Shown one piece after another: positions 40,138 through 52,900 of a stretch of DNA of 64,000 nucleotides. The position numbers were made by a program, and so were the translations under genes. The stretch is taken from the NCBI GenBank assembly GCA_965645245.1, contig OZ287078.1:1054001-1118000 (forward strand), in the 5' to 3' direction. Within the stretch, counting starts at the first letter, position 1; each line of letters begins with the position of its first letter. Source of the stretch: Massalongia carnosa. Taxonomy: Eukaryota. Below the pieces are notes generated by a model. The model was not told the DNA's origin, made no database searches, and saw only the letters and a list, made by a program, of their open reading frames with translations.

Positions 40138-43100
40138 GGTATGGTTGAATGAACCTTCACGTGTCTTATTTTGATATCATGGCTATCTGCTGATAGATGT
40201 AACCCACTTTTCCTTACTCAATCGACTTTGAAATTTTGATTTTCGATTTTATAAGCGTTGTGCTGCCTTTGTAACTTCTTCCTGATGTTTGTAAAGGGGC
40301 AACGATCGTTCTTCGAGTTTGATTCTTTCGCATATAGCTTGTATAAAATGGCCAATTCTTTTAATCCTTATGTGCCAAAGCGTCTGATTGATGCTTCTCC
40401 TACACGTACTCGGAAACGAGGGAGACCCTCACATACGCCGCTATTAGCGACCTCTTTTCGCCGAATACTACCACGACCGTCTGGATCAAATGGGAGGGGG
40501 CCAGAGCACCGCCCTTGTTCTACATCTCGACCCGTTCTTCAGCCTACGGCCCACAACGGCCTTCTTGACTTCAAACCTAGAGAAGTATTGATTAATGATT
40601 TCAATAAAAGGAAAGCCGCCGCTTCGTCCTTTCCTCCTGTTCTCACCGATATCTCTACTCGCGAAGCTGTCAGGCGTTTCCAGACTCATGTAGAGACTGT
40701 CGTGGCCGATACTACGAATGTTTGCGCTTCTTGTGAACAGTTCATATCTCATGCTTTCGTTAACATGCTGCATAAAACAGATCTTGTATTTAGAAAGGCT
40801 GTGTTATCAAAGACAATCGTGGAAGCTGACCTTGATTGTTGTGGATTGAAGGATGGCAAGTTTTACTTCTGCAAAGCCTGTTTCGGAATGATTTTGCAAT
40901 CGAAAATCCCAAAATTTGGATCTGTCAATGCTGTCAGTATGTCAGCTTGTCAAAGTTATCCCATAATTCTTAAAGACCTGACGTCGGTAGAGGAAGCCGT
41001 CATTGCTCGAGCACCTCCTGTGATTTCGATAATGAAGTTAAGACCTAGTGAAGCCAGCCGTTTCATCTCCTATCAACGAATACGCAGTCATGCCGTAGTA
41101 CTTCCCCAAAATCCTGGGCCGTTACTCGATATTTTGCCGTCGAGCTCCTTAGTGCTGCATGATGTGATCCGAATAGTGTGGGTTAGCAAAAGGCCTCATA
41201 CCGTTGAAGATATTCGCCCCTTTGCTCGCATCAGAAGAGACAAAGTTTTACAAGCCTTGCTCTGGCTTAAAGACAACAATCCACTATACAAAAACATTGT
41301 CATCAACTACGGCTTGTTAGAAAACTGGGAAGACGAATTCGTTCCAGCGGGTATTGCTGATCGTGTTTTACAGTGTGGATCGGATTTTGCGGAAAGAGAA
41401 GGGTACACTATGAATCTTGAAAGTGACAACTACGAAAATGACCTGCATCATGCCGTCGAAGACGCTGGACTGGATGATTCGGATATATTAAGTGGATGTT
41501 TATACACAGACGCTGACGATACTCGAGAGCATCCAATAATGAAATTAGTGGCAGCAATGACGAATCATAAGCGCGCTGAGGATTCGATTAGTGCGTCTGA
41601 TTCACCAATCCTTACCTACGAAAGCAAAGGCCATCCGGTTCCCTTGAATGACTGGGATAATCCAGACTTCTTTACAGCTGCCTTTCCAACGCTTTTTCCC
41701 TTTGCCGTCGGTGGTCATATCATCAAGAAGAATGAATCTAGACAGACAAGGGTGTCGCTTCAGGCTTGGGCAAAATGGGTCCTATCTCATCATTCGAGAC
41801 GGTACGCTAATCTACATTTCTATGGAATTTAGCTGATGCATTTAGATTTGCCCGTCATCCTGCATTTATGTTTCTTGTGTACGACGTGATCAATCGACGT
41901 CAGGCATCATTAGGATATTCTCTACTCACCAAGACGAGACAATGGAAGGAAACACATGCTTTAGTGGATGCTATCACGTTCTCACAGCTTGAAGCTGCGG
42001 CTATAGAGATTAAAAAAACCGGGAAATGTACCGATTCGACTATTTTTAAATTGAAGCGTCAGGTTCAGGTAGTGGCCGTCACGACACCACACTCCTTCGC
42101 TAAATGCGTGGATCAAGCAATTCATATGAAAGCATTAATGCTGAGCGATGGAATGCCTGTTTTGTGGATTACGATTAATCCATCTGATCTTCGCAGTGTT
42201 TTAGTATTGGTTCTTGCTGGCATGCGATACGAGGACAGTAGTAAAGACAATTCTGCAGAAGAATTTGCAAGAACTACAGCAATAATGAATCCAGTAGCAG
42301 TGGCTCAATTTTTTGCGGCTACTTGCAGAGGTATTTTTGAGCATTTATTGGCCGCAAGTTTTGAAGACGGAGGTCTTTTTGGGCCTGTATCAACATATTT
42401 TGGTACTGTGGAGACAAACGGCCGAGGAATGTTGCATTTGCATTGCCTCGTATGGCTTCGCGGTGGTTTTCACATATCAAAGCTACGCAATCAATTGCGT
42501 TCCGATCCTGCATACACAACTCGCATGATACAGTTTATCGATCGTATAATTAAATGTTCCATTGTTCCTTCAGGAAGGTCGGATGTCCCAAAGCTGAACG
42601 CTCCATTAGCCTCTCTAAATGAGACTGATCGGGAATTCGCCCAAAGACTGGAGGATGATAGCAATGCCGTTGCCTCCAAGTGTCAATTGCATTCGTCGTC
42701 TCACAATGCAACGTGCTTTAAATATGGAGCCGCTGCCACCGGCCAATTTCGATTTGACTTCCCGCGACCTTGTAACGATCAAACGAAAATGACGGAAGAA
42801 GGCAATATCGAAGTGTTTAGAAACGGTGTCTGGATCAATCCTTGGTGTCCAGCCTTTGCCTCCCTTATCAGGTCAGATCACGATATCAACTTCATTCCTT
42901 CGAATGTTAAAGCCTTGGCCCTCGTACGCTATATAACTAACTACGCTACTAAGGGGGACTGCAGTCAATATCAACGGGTTATGGGGGCAGCATTTGTTCG
43001 CAATGCCTTTGAAGATGCAGCAGATAAATGTGTCGCGGCTGGTCATCCAGAACAAATACGGATCGTAGATGTTGACAAATTCGCTCTTCGGGCCTTTAAT

Positions 43101-45531
43101 CGGCTCGCATATGATCGAGAAATTAGTGGCCCTCTTGCTGCTAGTTCTCTGTTAGATTTGCCCGAGTATTTTACCCCGTGCCGGAATATAAAAAGACTCA
43201 ATCTTTTTGCTCTTCGTCAGAGATTTCCAAAATTGCTCTTTGCAGACATGTTTGAGTCGGATCCTATTGACAATTTTGTACGTTTTCGTCCATTCAAAGA
43301 ATTCCCAGTTAGCATGTTTGATCATTATCAATGGAGGGGATCAGAGCTAGCTTAGTATTCGCTATACGATTATTTCAAACTTATCACAATTGTTCAGTGA
43401 TCGCAATAGGGTCGACGACGATATTCCTTTCGGCAGCGGTCATCCACATCAACAATGTGGTGCGCAGCGTCCTTTAAAGCATCTTCATGCAGCACTTTGG
43501 TGGCTCTGATAGGGTCATTGTCGACAAACGAGGCCGCTGAAGACGCTATACAGGGAGGCCATCCAGATACAGATGCAAGACAGAATGATCTGGGTTTGAT
43601 TTTACTCGGTCTATCTGTTCCCTGGGATCAACTGTCAAGAAAATTTCATGCTCATAATGCTACCATATCGTCCTTTCTCAATTTTACCTGGCAAAGTTGG
43701 TTGGAGGCTACGGAAACTCTTGACGAATATGCGTTATATTGCGCTGACAATATTTTACAGATGAGAAAGAGTCAAATAGAATCGAAATTAGATCAAGAAC
43801 AGCGACGTGCTGCTAAGAATCAGGCCATGGAGATGTCAGTTCGAGAATTATTAGAAGAAAATGAAACCGGCCAGGCCGATGAAGCAGAAGAATCAGAAAT
43901 TGACGAATATCTAGGCCTGCCAAACGCTCATACACTTTTGAATGCTGTAGATATAACTCGTCATCGATGGAGAGAAATGGATGCTGCAAACAGTCGCGGG
44001 GTTTCGGTTTTGTCTCATATGCAGCACTCTTTGCAAAGAGCTGACGATGAGGGTACTTCTCAAAGCGATTTACGATATGATCTGAACCCATCTGGAGTGG
44101 AAACAAATATTTGCTCCTATCTTGACGTTAGTACCAATTTCAGCCAAATCACAACTGATTTATGGAAGAAGGTGCAAAATTCGGCCAACGCTCAACAGGG
44201 TGAATACGATGCTGAAGACAGAACAAATGACTTTAGCGATCATGTCGAGGCCTCTATACACCGCACATCTATCTGCTTTAGGGGAATTGGAGCCTGTAAT
44301 AAATCATTTCATTTCATCAGAACCGATCGTCATGGATCTCAACTGCGGAGTCTTACTGCCTGATAATGATTGCAAAACAGTTTCAGATCATATACACACT
44401 GTTTTGCCTTTGAATTACTTAAAGCGATTGGTTGTCGAGGAGATTCTTGATCATGTCATACAAACCAAGGGAAAAGCATGCCTCAGAAGAGAAGATCAGT
44501 TGTTATTGTACATCAGAGGTGAAGGAGGTGTGGGGAAAAGTCGAGTCGTGAAAGCTCTAGAGTTGGGCTTTGCTTTACTAAACAGAAGAGCGGAGTTAAT
44601 AATTACAGCACCAACTGGATGTGCGGCCGAGAGTATTGGGGGGAGCACCGTACACACAGCGTTGAAGATTAACACTCGACGTGCAAATGATAATGTATCC
44701 AAAATAGGTTCATCATGGACTCGGCGATCAGCCCTCGTCGTTGATGAAGTGAGTATGATTGATCTCAAACTACTCACTGCGATGGATAAGCAATTGCGAA
44801 AGCCTAGAGGTTCGGATTTTTCTTCCACCGCTCTCTTCAGAGGTCTACCTCTTGTAGTCCTTATGGGGACTTTTATCAATTCGCCCCGGTAAGTGGACAT
44901 GCTCTTTGGGATGAAGCTGTAGGTGAAGATGAGATACACGGGAAAACGTTATGGAATAATTTCACATACATCATTACTCTCACAGAGATGCGTGAAAAAA
45001 ACGATTCAGTATTCCAAGCATTGCTCAAACGAGCAAGGAATGGAGAACTCAATCTTGAAGACGTAGATACTCTAAACGATCGAGTCGCAACAAATCTTCC
45101 GATCTCACAGTCAATGGACAGCGTCGTTGTTGTGCAAAAAAACAAGACGAGACATCTAGTGAATCGATTGCAGATCGAGAGATTCGCTCGATCTCAAAAT
45201 CGAGACATACTTCTCTTTCCTGCCGAGCATTTCCGGACCAAAAAAAGATGGTGGTAGAATCGTTGAACACGAAGATCTTTTCAACGCACAGGATGGGGAA
45301 GGCAATTGCACAGGACCAGGCTTGTTATTTTACTGCAAAGGCATGCCCGCTGGATTGTTAGCCAATCAATGCACACCGTTAGGAATAGTTAACGGGGCCA
45401 GAGTTGTGGTTTATGGCCTTGTACCTCATCCTGATAGTACGCTTCTTCTCTATTATCAAGAATCTCGCTGACGTCGTCTAGCGACCTTTCAAAGACTGGA
45501 CATTCACACTATTCTGTGTTCCCATCCGCTA

Positions 45532-47700
45532 GAAGATTTCCCGAGGAAATGCCGCACCCGACGAAATGCCGCATCTTCTCACTTTCCAACCATTACTTTC
45601 AGACATGAATAAATCCACCCTCAACGCTCGTATCGAGCTCGCAATTGCTGATCTGAATCAGCAAGATCAGCCTAACCTCAGGGGGACAGCTAAAAGGTTT
45701 AGCCTAGTCGAAAGTACCCTCCGGAGGCGCTGGAAAGGCCAAACGGTGTCCCAAAAGGCAGCCGCGTCAAAATACAAGCAACGACTTACCTTGGCCCAGG
45801 AAGAGGCCTTAATTCAGCAAATCAATCGCCTTGTCGATCGTGGACTGCCCCCAACCGCCAGAATTGTACGAAACCTAGCGGAGGAGGTGATAGGAGGGCC
45901 TGTAGGGAAGAACTGGACAGGGGATTTTGTCCGCCGATACAAGGATAGGCTTAAAAGTCTTTATCTTCGAAATATGGATAGCCAGCGTATAAAATCTGAG
46001 TATCCGCCTTTATTTAAGCAATTCTACGATTTGGTAGCGTGTTAACTACCCATTCCTATTTGTTGAATATTAATTATGATCGAAAATAACTAATGTTTCT
46101 ATTAGCTAATCGCCGGTGTCGAAAAATACAATATCACGAGGGAAAACCTTTACAATTGGGACGAAAAGGGCTTTGTGATTGGCCAAGCAAGCGCCACGCA
46201 ACGTATCATGTCGCTAGAGGCCCTTGAATCAGGGCGGATCACACATGCAAGCCAGGACGGGAATAGGGAGTTTATCAGCCTCCTTGCTTGTATCGGGGCC
46301 GACGGAACCGCTTTACCTCCTGCCTTGATCTATAAAGGCGACTCTGGCATACTCCAGGATACATGGGTTGAGGATGTAAATCCTAATGACGAGGCGTTCT
46401 TTGCAGTATCGGCGAAAGGATGGAGTTGTGATATCCTTGGCCTAAATTGGCTAGAGCAGGTTTTTCAGCGTTATACGAAGCAAAAGGCTAGAAATAGAAG
46501 ACGTTTACTGATAGTAGACGGTCATTCTAGCCACGTGAATCTTAAGTTTATCGATAAATGCGATAACTTACGTATTCTTCTCCTGATTCTACCTTCGCAC
46601 TCTACGCATCGTTTACAGCCTCTGGACGTTTCTCTATTCGCGCCGTTAGCAACGTTCTATACCAATGGGCTGAATAGACTAATGTTCGAGAGTCTAGGCA
46701 TGATAAACATGTCAAAAAGAGCCTTTTGGAGCGTTTTCTTCCCTGCATGGCAGCAGGCATTTTCGGAGGAAAAAATTACTTCTGCCTTCGAAAAAACCGG
46801 TATTTGGCCTTACAATCCGAGCCTTATACTAAATGTTATCACACCACAGATAATCGAGGCTCCTTCTCAGTCGCCAAAAACACCAATGACAAGCCGTGCT
46901 ATTCGCCGTACGCAGCGAGCGTACGATATTGCGCCTACAAATTTATTACTAGCAAAGATCTTCCGGGCTAACGAACGCCTTGCTGCCCAGGACTCTATCA
47001 ACAAATACGTGATCAAAGGGCTCTGCAATACCCTTCAGGACGAAAAGAAGAGGAGGAAGAGAGGTAAACGGCTTAATTTAGTTGGGGAAGAGGACTCAGG
47101 CCCTCAATTCTTTAGTCCTAGGCGAGTACAGGCTGCCAGGGAATTTCAAGCAGCAAAAGAGGAAGAAGAAGCACAACGCCAGCTAGATATTAGCGAGAAG
47201 CGACGACAAGCTACTGCTAAAAGGTTACAGAAAGAAGAGGAGAAGCTAGAAAAGGTAGCAATCGCTCTAGAGAAGCGGCGATTGACTGCAGAAGCAAAGG
47301 TAGCAAAGGCCGCTGAGAAGCAGGCTCAGAAGGAGTTACGTAAAACAGCAAACAGATATCCTAAGGGACAGCTCGGGCAGCAGAAGCAGTATACAGGGTC
47401 TAATAAAGTTCAAAAGACTCGAAAGAAGAAGGTAAAGCCGCCTACTCGTGTTATTATCGCTAAAGAGGTAGAGGAGGTGGTTTTAACTACCTCGACTGGA
47501 AGAAGGGTCCAGCGCCCAGGGCGTTTTGCTATGTAAGGTTTTTAAGGTCGGATATCGTGTATATACTTTCTATTTATACTATATTTAATACACATTCCAT
47601 TAATCGTTGTAGTTGTTGATCAACGACGAAAACAATATTCTAATGCCGAATTGTAAAGTGCGGCATTTCACCGGGCGCGGCATTTCCTCGGGAAATCTTC
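45532..47700 (+). mobile_element. pogo/Fot1-type transposon, TA TSD, apparently intact
   Basis: TIRs gaagatttcccgaggaaatgccgc / gcggcatttcctcgggaaatcttc with an internal repeat of gaaatgccgc; TA at 45530-31 and 47701-02. Confidence 0.96.
45605..47536 (+). CDS. pogo/Fot1 DD35D transposase
   Basis: Exon 1 45605-46033, intron 46034-46105, exon 2 to 47536 in frame. HTH and CENP-B-like region, YNWDEKGF, IVDGHSSH-35aa-QPLDVSLF. Confidence 0.92.
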
Positions 47701-48876
47701 TACGCTGTGTTTTACTTCAAAGGCGTACTCGCCTACAAAAGTCTTTTCCTGAACTCCCTGATGATGTTTTCCCAACGTTTCCGATTAAATCAACGTTAAA
47801 GTTACCTGGCTTGAAAGTTTCTAGAAATCAAATTCCGCTTACCCCTGGATTTGCTGTCACAGATTACAAGGTACAAGGAGCTACATTTAAAACTGCGGTC
47901 TTAGATCTACGCCGAGGGCAAAAGATTAGAAAGGAATCTCACAAAAGATTTTGGTCTACCTATGTACAGCTGTCTCGCCTTCAATCTTTAGACGGTGTGC
48001 AATTGCTGGAGGGGAATAGAGCTGAGCGATATCAACAACAAACCTCACATAAATCTTCAACAGGCGAGAAAAGAACTTGACATCTTTTCCAATAACACCT
48101 TGACTTCTTGGACTCTTCGGTTTAATGCGAGACGCCAGAATGCTTGTTTTACTCCCAGGGTCAATTGAAGGTTGAAGGTTCATGGACCTATCAACGAAAA
48201 TAGCATCTACGATTGAAATCATTGAGATTAGGCTAGAAACTTATCGCATTGAGCTTAGGGTTTGATTCATTGATTAGCACCACTTCGGATGTTGAGTTTC
48301 GCCGTTCCATCCTAGCCGCTTTTACTCTAGCGGCGATCTTAATCCATGTAAATCAGAATCCTAAAAGTTTCAGGGCTTGCGTGCCAGTCGAAACGACGCG
48401 CGCCTCCAGTTTTGGTGTTCGGCCATTTTTGTCACGCGCGTGATTGGCTACTCTCCATGGAGTTTTGAAGGTGGATGTTCCCACTCACGCCTTGAGTCAA
48501 CAAATAGCATTTTCATAGATATCTGCTAACGAGATGCCATCTCCTCCCATCTGTGAAGTCATCAAATTTCAAACAACAGGAAGGAAACTGAAGACCGATC
48601 CGAAGAAAACAAACGGCACTGCATCCTTGAAGACTAAAAAGAGCTTTGAAGCTTTACCTTTTGTCTCGTTAAAAGCAGGGTGCTTTCTGTCATTGACAGT
48701 GTGTCAATCATGAGTCATCGTTGCCGTCTCTGTAAATGTACAACGAAGGGACGGGATACAGAATAGACAGCGGTTTCGGGAAATGTTATGTCTACTATGT
48801 ATTGTACACTGACAGTCAGACGTGCCTTTAGCCTTGTTCATTTGGCAAAGTTCCGAATGCACTTTATTACGGTGTG

Positions 48877-48946
48877 AGTCACTCATGATTCATGGTTCAT
48901 GATTGTCATGTAGTCACTCATGATTCATGGTTCATGATTGTCATGT
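48877..48946. repeat. Perfect 35-bp tandem duplication
   Basis: agtcactcatgattcatggttcatgattgtcatgt x2. Confidence 0.95.
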
Positions 48947-49939
48947 AACTTCTGTCAGAAATCGAAGCGGTGAACGAATGCCGATGTGCATGAATAGGAT
49001 GGTGCGCGGTTTACAATGCAACAAGTTCTCAAAGTAGGACCATTTCCTGCTGCCTGAGGTACTTTTTTGATGGGTTCTCTAATGATTGCAGCTTTGTCAT
49101 TAATAAAACCGTTCTGCAAATCGCTGAGGGCATTATATCTTTCTCCACACATTTAGAGATAAAAACTTAAAGCTGTGACGAGAGAGAGTGAATAGATTTC
49201 TACCATTGCGCCACCTGGTCCCAGCCCTACCGGGCAATACAGTCAGCAGACCAAGCTCTATTCTACTATAACTCGGAATCCTGCTATGTTCGCTGTAGGT
49301 CCTGCCGTTCGGACCACGCATGGTCGAACCGTTACAAAAGTGAGTGAGTGAGCATGGCAGGATCGAATGATAATCCGATGAGGCTTAGAAACGTTCCACG
49401 GAGCAATCGAAAGCGGAAGTCTGGGAGTCACGGCTGCATAAGGGTCGTCTACGGTTCAAAGTTCAATTCAAGTCATTGGTGCAGTTCTTCCACATTTATG
49501 TAGCACTGATGCACCTTTAGCGAGCCTCGGTACATGTTTTTCCCCGGAAGCCCCCATATCCGAATGCCGGCTTCCAATGACTATGAAAGACCAGAGATCA
49601 AATCTTACGTGTCTGCCTATTCCTATTCTTTGTCAGTTTCGCTTTTGTACCTATATCCATCATCCTTTCATCACGCTCGTCGAGTTTAGAGGATACAGAC
49701 GAGAGGAGTGCTTCCGTTGTAATTTAGGACGTCTTAGGCGTTGTTCCATTTTCTCCCTTTCTGTGGAGTAATATATTTTGATTACCGGTCTGCTTAGATT
49801 ACACAACATTTTTGGTTTTCATTTTAGCTTCAGCTTCGATGCGGATGTGATAGTTGAGAATTTTCTAATTCCTTATCTCCTCAAACCAAAAAAAAACCTG
49901 GCTGCCCATTAGTTATCCACCACAGGCTGGTTACTCACC

Positions 49940-52900
49940 ATGGACCCCACTGGCGAAGATCTTGCCCACGTAGCTAAAGAGATTGATTGGAAGATAGAAA
50001 AGCAGGCATTGCATAGCTCGAATCTGCAAGAGGTCGGTCAAACAGGCAAGGCCGAGGAGGAGAAACCACAGCAATATCCAGCATCCTCGAAGTCTTCTTC
50101 AGAGGACGCGTCGCGGCTAGAGAAACCCGATTCCCGGATATTTAAGGTCACCGAGACCAAGGATGGAGATGAAGCATATGCGCACCTTCCACCACACGAG
50201 AAGGATATCATCAAGAAGCAGCTAGATATTCCTTCTGTCAAGGTGACATACCAGACCCTGTTCCGCTATGCCACCAGGAACGATCTGATCATCATATACA
50301 TCAGCTCCCTGTGTGCCATCGTTGGTGGTGCTATCATGCCCCTTATGACCGTAAGCGACGCAAGGTTAATGCTTGGAATTGAAGATATTTGCTGACTTTC
50401 CAAAAGGTCATATTTGGTCAATTGACAGGCGTGTTTCGGGACTTTTTTCAGGGAACGCTGTCCCAACACGATTTCAATGCCAAGTTAGGGCACTTCACGC
50501 TTTATTTCCTATATCTAGCAATTGGAGAGTTTGTGACCATCTATGTCTGCACCGTTGGCTTCATATATACAGGAGAACATATAACGCAGAAGATCCGGCA
50601 GCAATATCTCGCTGCCATCTTGCGCCAGAATATTGCTTATTTCGATAAGCTTGGTGCCGGAGAGATAACGACTAGAATCACTGCGGATACGAACCTGATC
50701 CAAGATGGGATCTCCGAGAAGATTGCTCTGTCCTTGACTGCTCTTGCAACTTTTTGCACCGCATTCGTTATAGCATTTATCAAGGCATGGAAGCTTACGT
50801 TGATTTTGTCTTCGACCGTGTTTTCCATTGTCACCGTCATGGGGTTGGGCTCGAGTTTCATCATCAAATACAACAAGAAATCACTCAACTCTTACGCTCT
50901 TGGAGGAACCGTTGCGGAAGAAGTCTTCAGTTCGATTCGAAATGCGGTTGCTTTCGGGACGCAGGAGAAGCTTGCTAGGCAGTATGATATCCATCTCAAA
51001 GAAGCCGGCAAATGGGGTACTAAGATGAAGATTTCCTTGGCTTGCATGATTGCGGGTATGATGTGCACAGTCTACCTGAACTATGGCCTCGCTTTCTGGC
51101 AGGGGTCTAGATTTATTGTGACAGGCGATATCACCCTCTCTAGCGTCCTTACCATCATGCTCGCTATTATGATTGGAGCTTTTTCACTTGCCAACGTCGC
51201 TCCAATGGGGCAAGCATTCACCACAAGTGTTGCCGCAGCCGGGAAGATATACAGCACGATTGATCGAACATCTCCTTTGGATCCAGGGTCTGAAGCAGGG
51301 GTGAAGTTAGAGCAGGTAGAAGGTACAGTGGAGCTGGAGCATATCAGGCATATCTACCCCTCGAGGCCTGAGGTGGTGGTCATGGAAGATGTCAGCCTTG
51401 TTGTACCTGCAGGAAAAACGACTGCCTTGGTTGGAGCGTCAGGGTCTGGGAAAAGTACAGTCATCGGGCTTGTAGAGCGATTCTATGACCCTGTTGGTGG
51501 TCGGGTTTATCTTGACGGCCATGATGTTTCCTCGCTGAATTTACGATGGCTTCGACAGCAAATCTCACTTGTGAGCCAAGAGCCAACGCTTTTTAGTACA
51601 ACCATCTATAGCAACATTCAACATGGGCTCGTAGGGACCAAATGGGAAAACGCGCCCGTGGAGCGCCAGAAAGAGCTTATACTCAATGCCGCGAAGATGG
51701 CCAATGCCCACGACTTTGTCAGTAGTCTACCGGAAGGGTATGAAACCAATGTTGGAGACCGTGGCTTTCTGCTTTCTGGTGGGCAAAAGCAGCGTATCGC
51801 AATTGCGAGAGCCATGGTCAGCGATCCCAAGATACTTTTGCTAGATGAAGCTACGTCAGCATTAGACACCAAATCTGAAGGAGTCGTGCAAGCTGCTCTT
51901 GATGTGGCGGCCCAAGGAAGAACCACCATCGTCATTGCTCATCGTCTTTCCACCATCAAAACAGCTGACAACATTGTTGTCATGTCTCATGGAAAAATTG
52001 TTGAACAGGGTTCTCATGACCAACTCCTGGAGCAACGGGGTGCTTACTTTAGGCTTGTGGAAGCTCAAAGGATCTCTGCGGAGCGAGAAGAAGACGACGC
52101 AGAAGAAACCTCGCAGTTGAATGAGACTGAAGAACGACTTGTAAGATCAATTACGGCGGAAAAGTCCAACAAACCGGTGGCTGATCCTGCCGATTTGGAG
52201 CTTGGCAACAAACTTGATCGCACAGCCACCGGCAAGTCGGTGTCCAGCGTGGCTCTACAGGGCAAGAATGCAGGTCCTGGAGCTCAGTACTCTTTATGGA
52301 CATTAATAAAGCTTGTCGGAAGCTTTAACAGAAAAGAAACCTATCTAATGATAATCGGCCTGTTTTTTTCCATCATTGCCGGGGGGGGTAATCCTACGCA
52401 GGCAGTGTTTTTCGCCAAGTCCATTGTGGCTCTATCTTTACCTCCTCAGAAGTATGGCCAGCTTAGGCACGACGTCAATTTCTGGGCTCTAATGTATTTG
52501 ATGCTAGGGATTGTAATGTTTCTGTCTTTTGCTGGTCAAGGTATTGCTTTTGCATATTGTTCCGAACGGTTAGTTCACCGAGCACGAAACCAAGCTTTTC
52601 GAACGCTACTGCGTCAAGACATTGCCTTTTTCGACAAAGAAGAGAATTCCGCAGGCGCTTTGACTTCGTTTCTCTCTACTGAAACGACTTTTCTGGCCGG
52701 CATGAGCGGCGTTACTCTCGGAACACTCCTAGTGGTCTCGACTACGCTCATTAGTGCCGTTGCACTGTCTTGCGCCATCGGGTGGAAATTGGCTCTAGTC
52801 TGTACTTCGACGATTCCGATTCTGCTTGGCTGTGGTTTCTTCCGATTCTGGATGCTTGCGAGATTCCAGGATAGAGCAAAGAAAGCGTATGAAGGGTCAG

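Larger units (their letters stand above)
40348..48125 (+). pseudogene. Helitron Rep-helicase (HUH Rep + PIF1-type SF1 helicase), disrupted
   Basis: Rep motifs WITINP, VETNGRGMLHLHCLVW, YITNYATK; helicase motifs GEGGVGKS, DEVSM, TDYKVQGATF, YVQLSR. Introns 41802-41845 and 45437-45481; stops, frameshifts and a pogo insertion. End coordinate approximate. Confidence 0.92.
39877..48410 (+). mobile_element. Non-canonical Helitron (Helitron2/HLE2-like)
   Basis: Starts TGCCC and ends CTCCAGT. Asymmetric inverted repeat gccctgaaac (39878-87) / gtttcagggc (48367-76), followed by a hairpin at 48379-48403; encodes RepHel. Confidence 0.85.
38727..48442 (+). mobile_element. Tc1-like transposon copy B (5-bp TSD ATTGG) containing a nested Helitron and pogo
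   Basis: TIRs cacgcgcgtgacaaaaatggcccgaacaccaaaa / ttttggtgttcggccatttttgtcacgcgcgtg; attgg at 38722-26 and 48443-47. Confidence 0.92.

Noticed and set aside
38727..48442. Starship or other giant cargo element
   Set aside because: No tyrosine recombinase and no host cargo genes; the content is fully explained by nested TEs.
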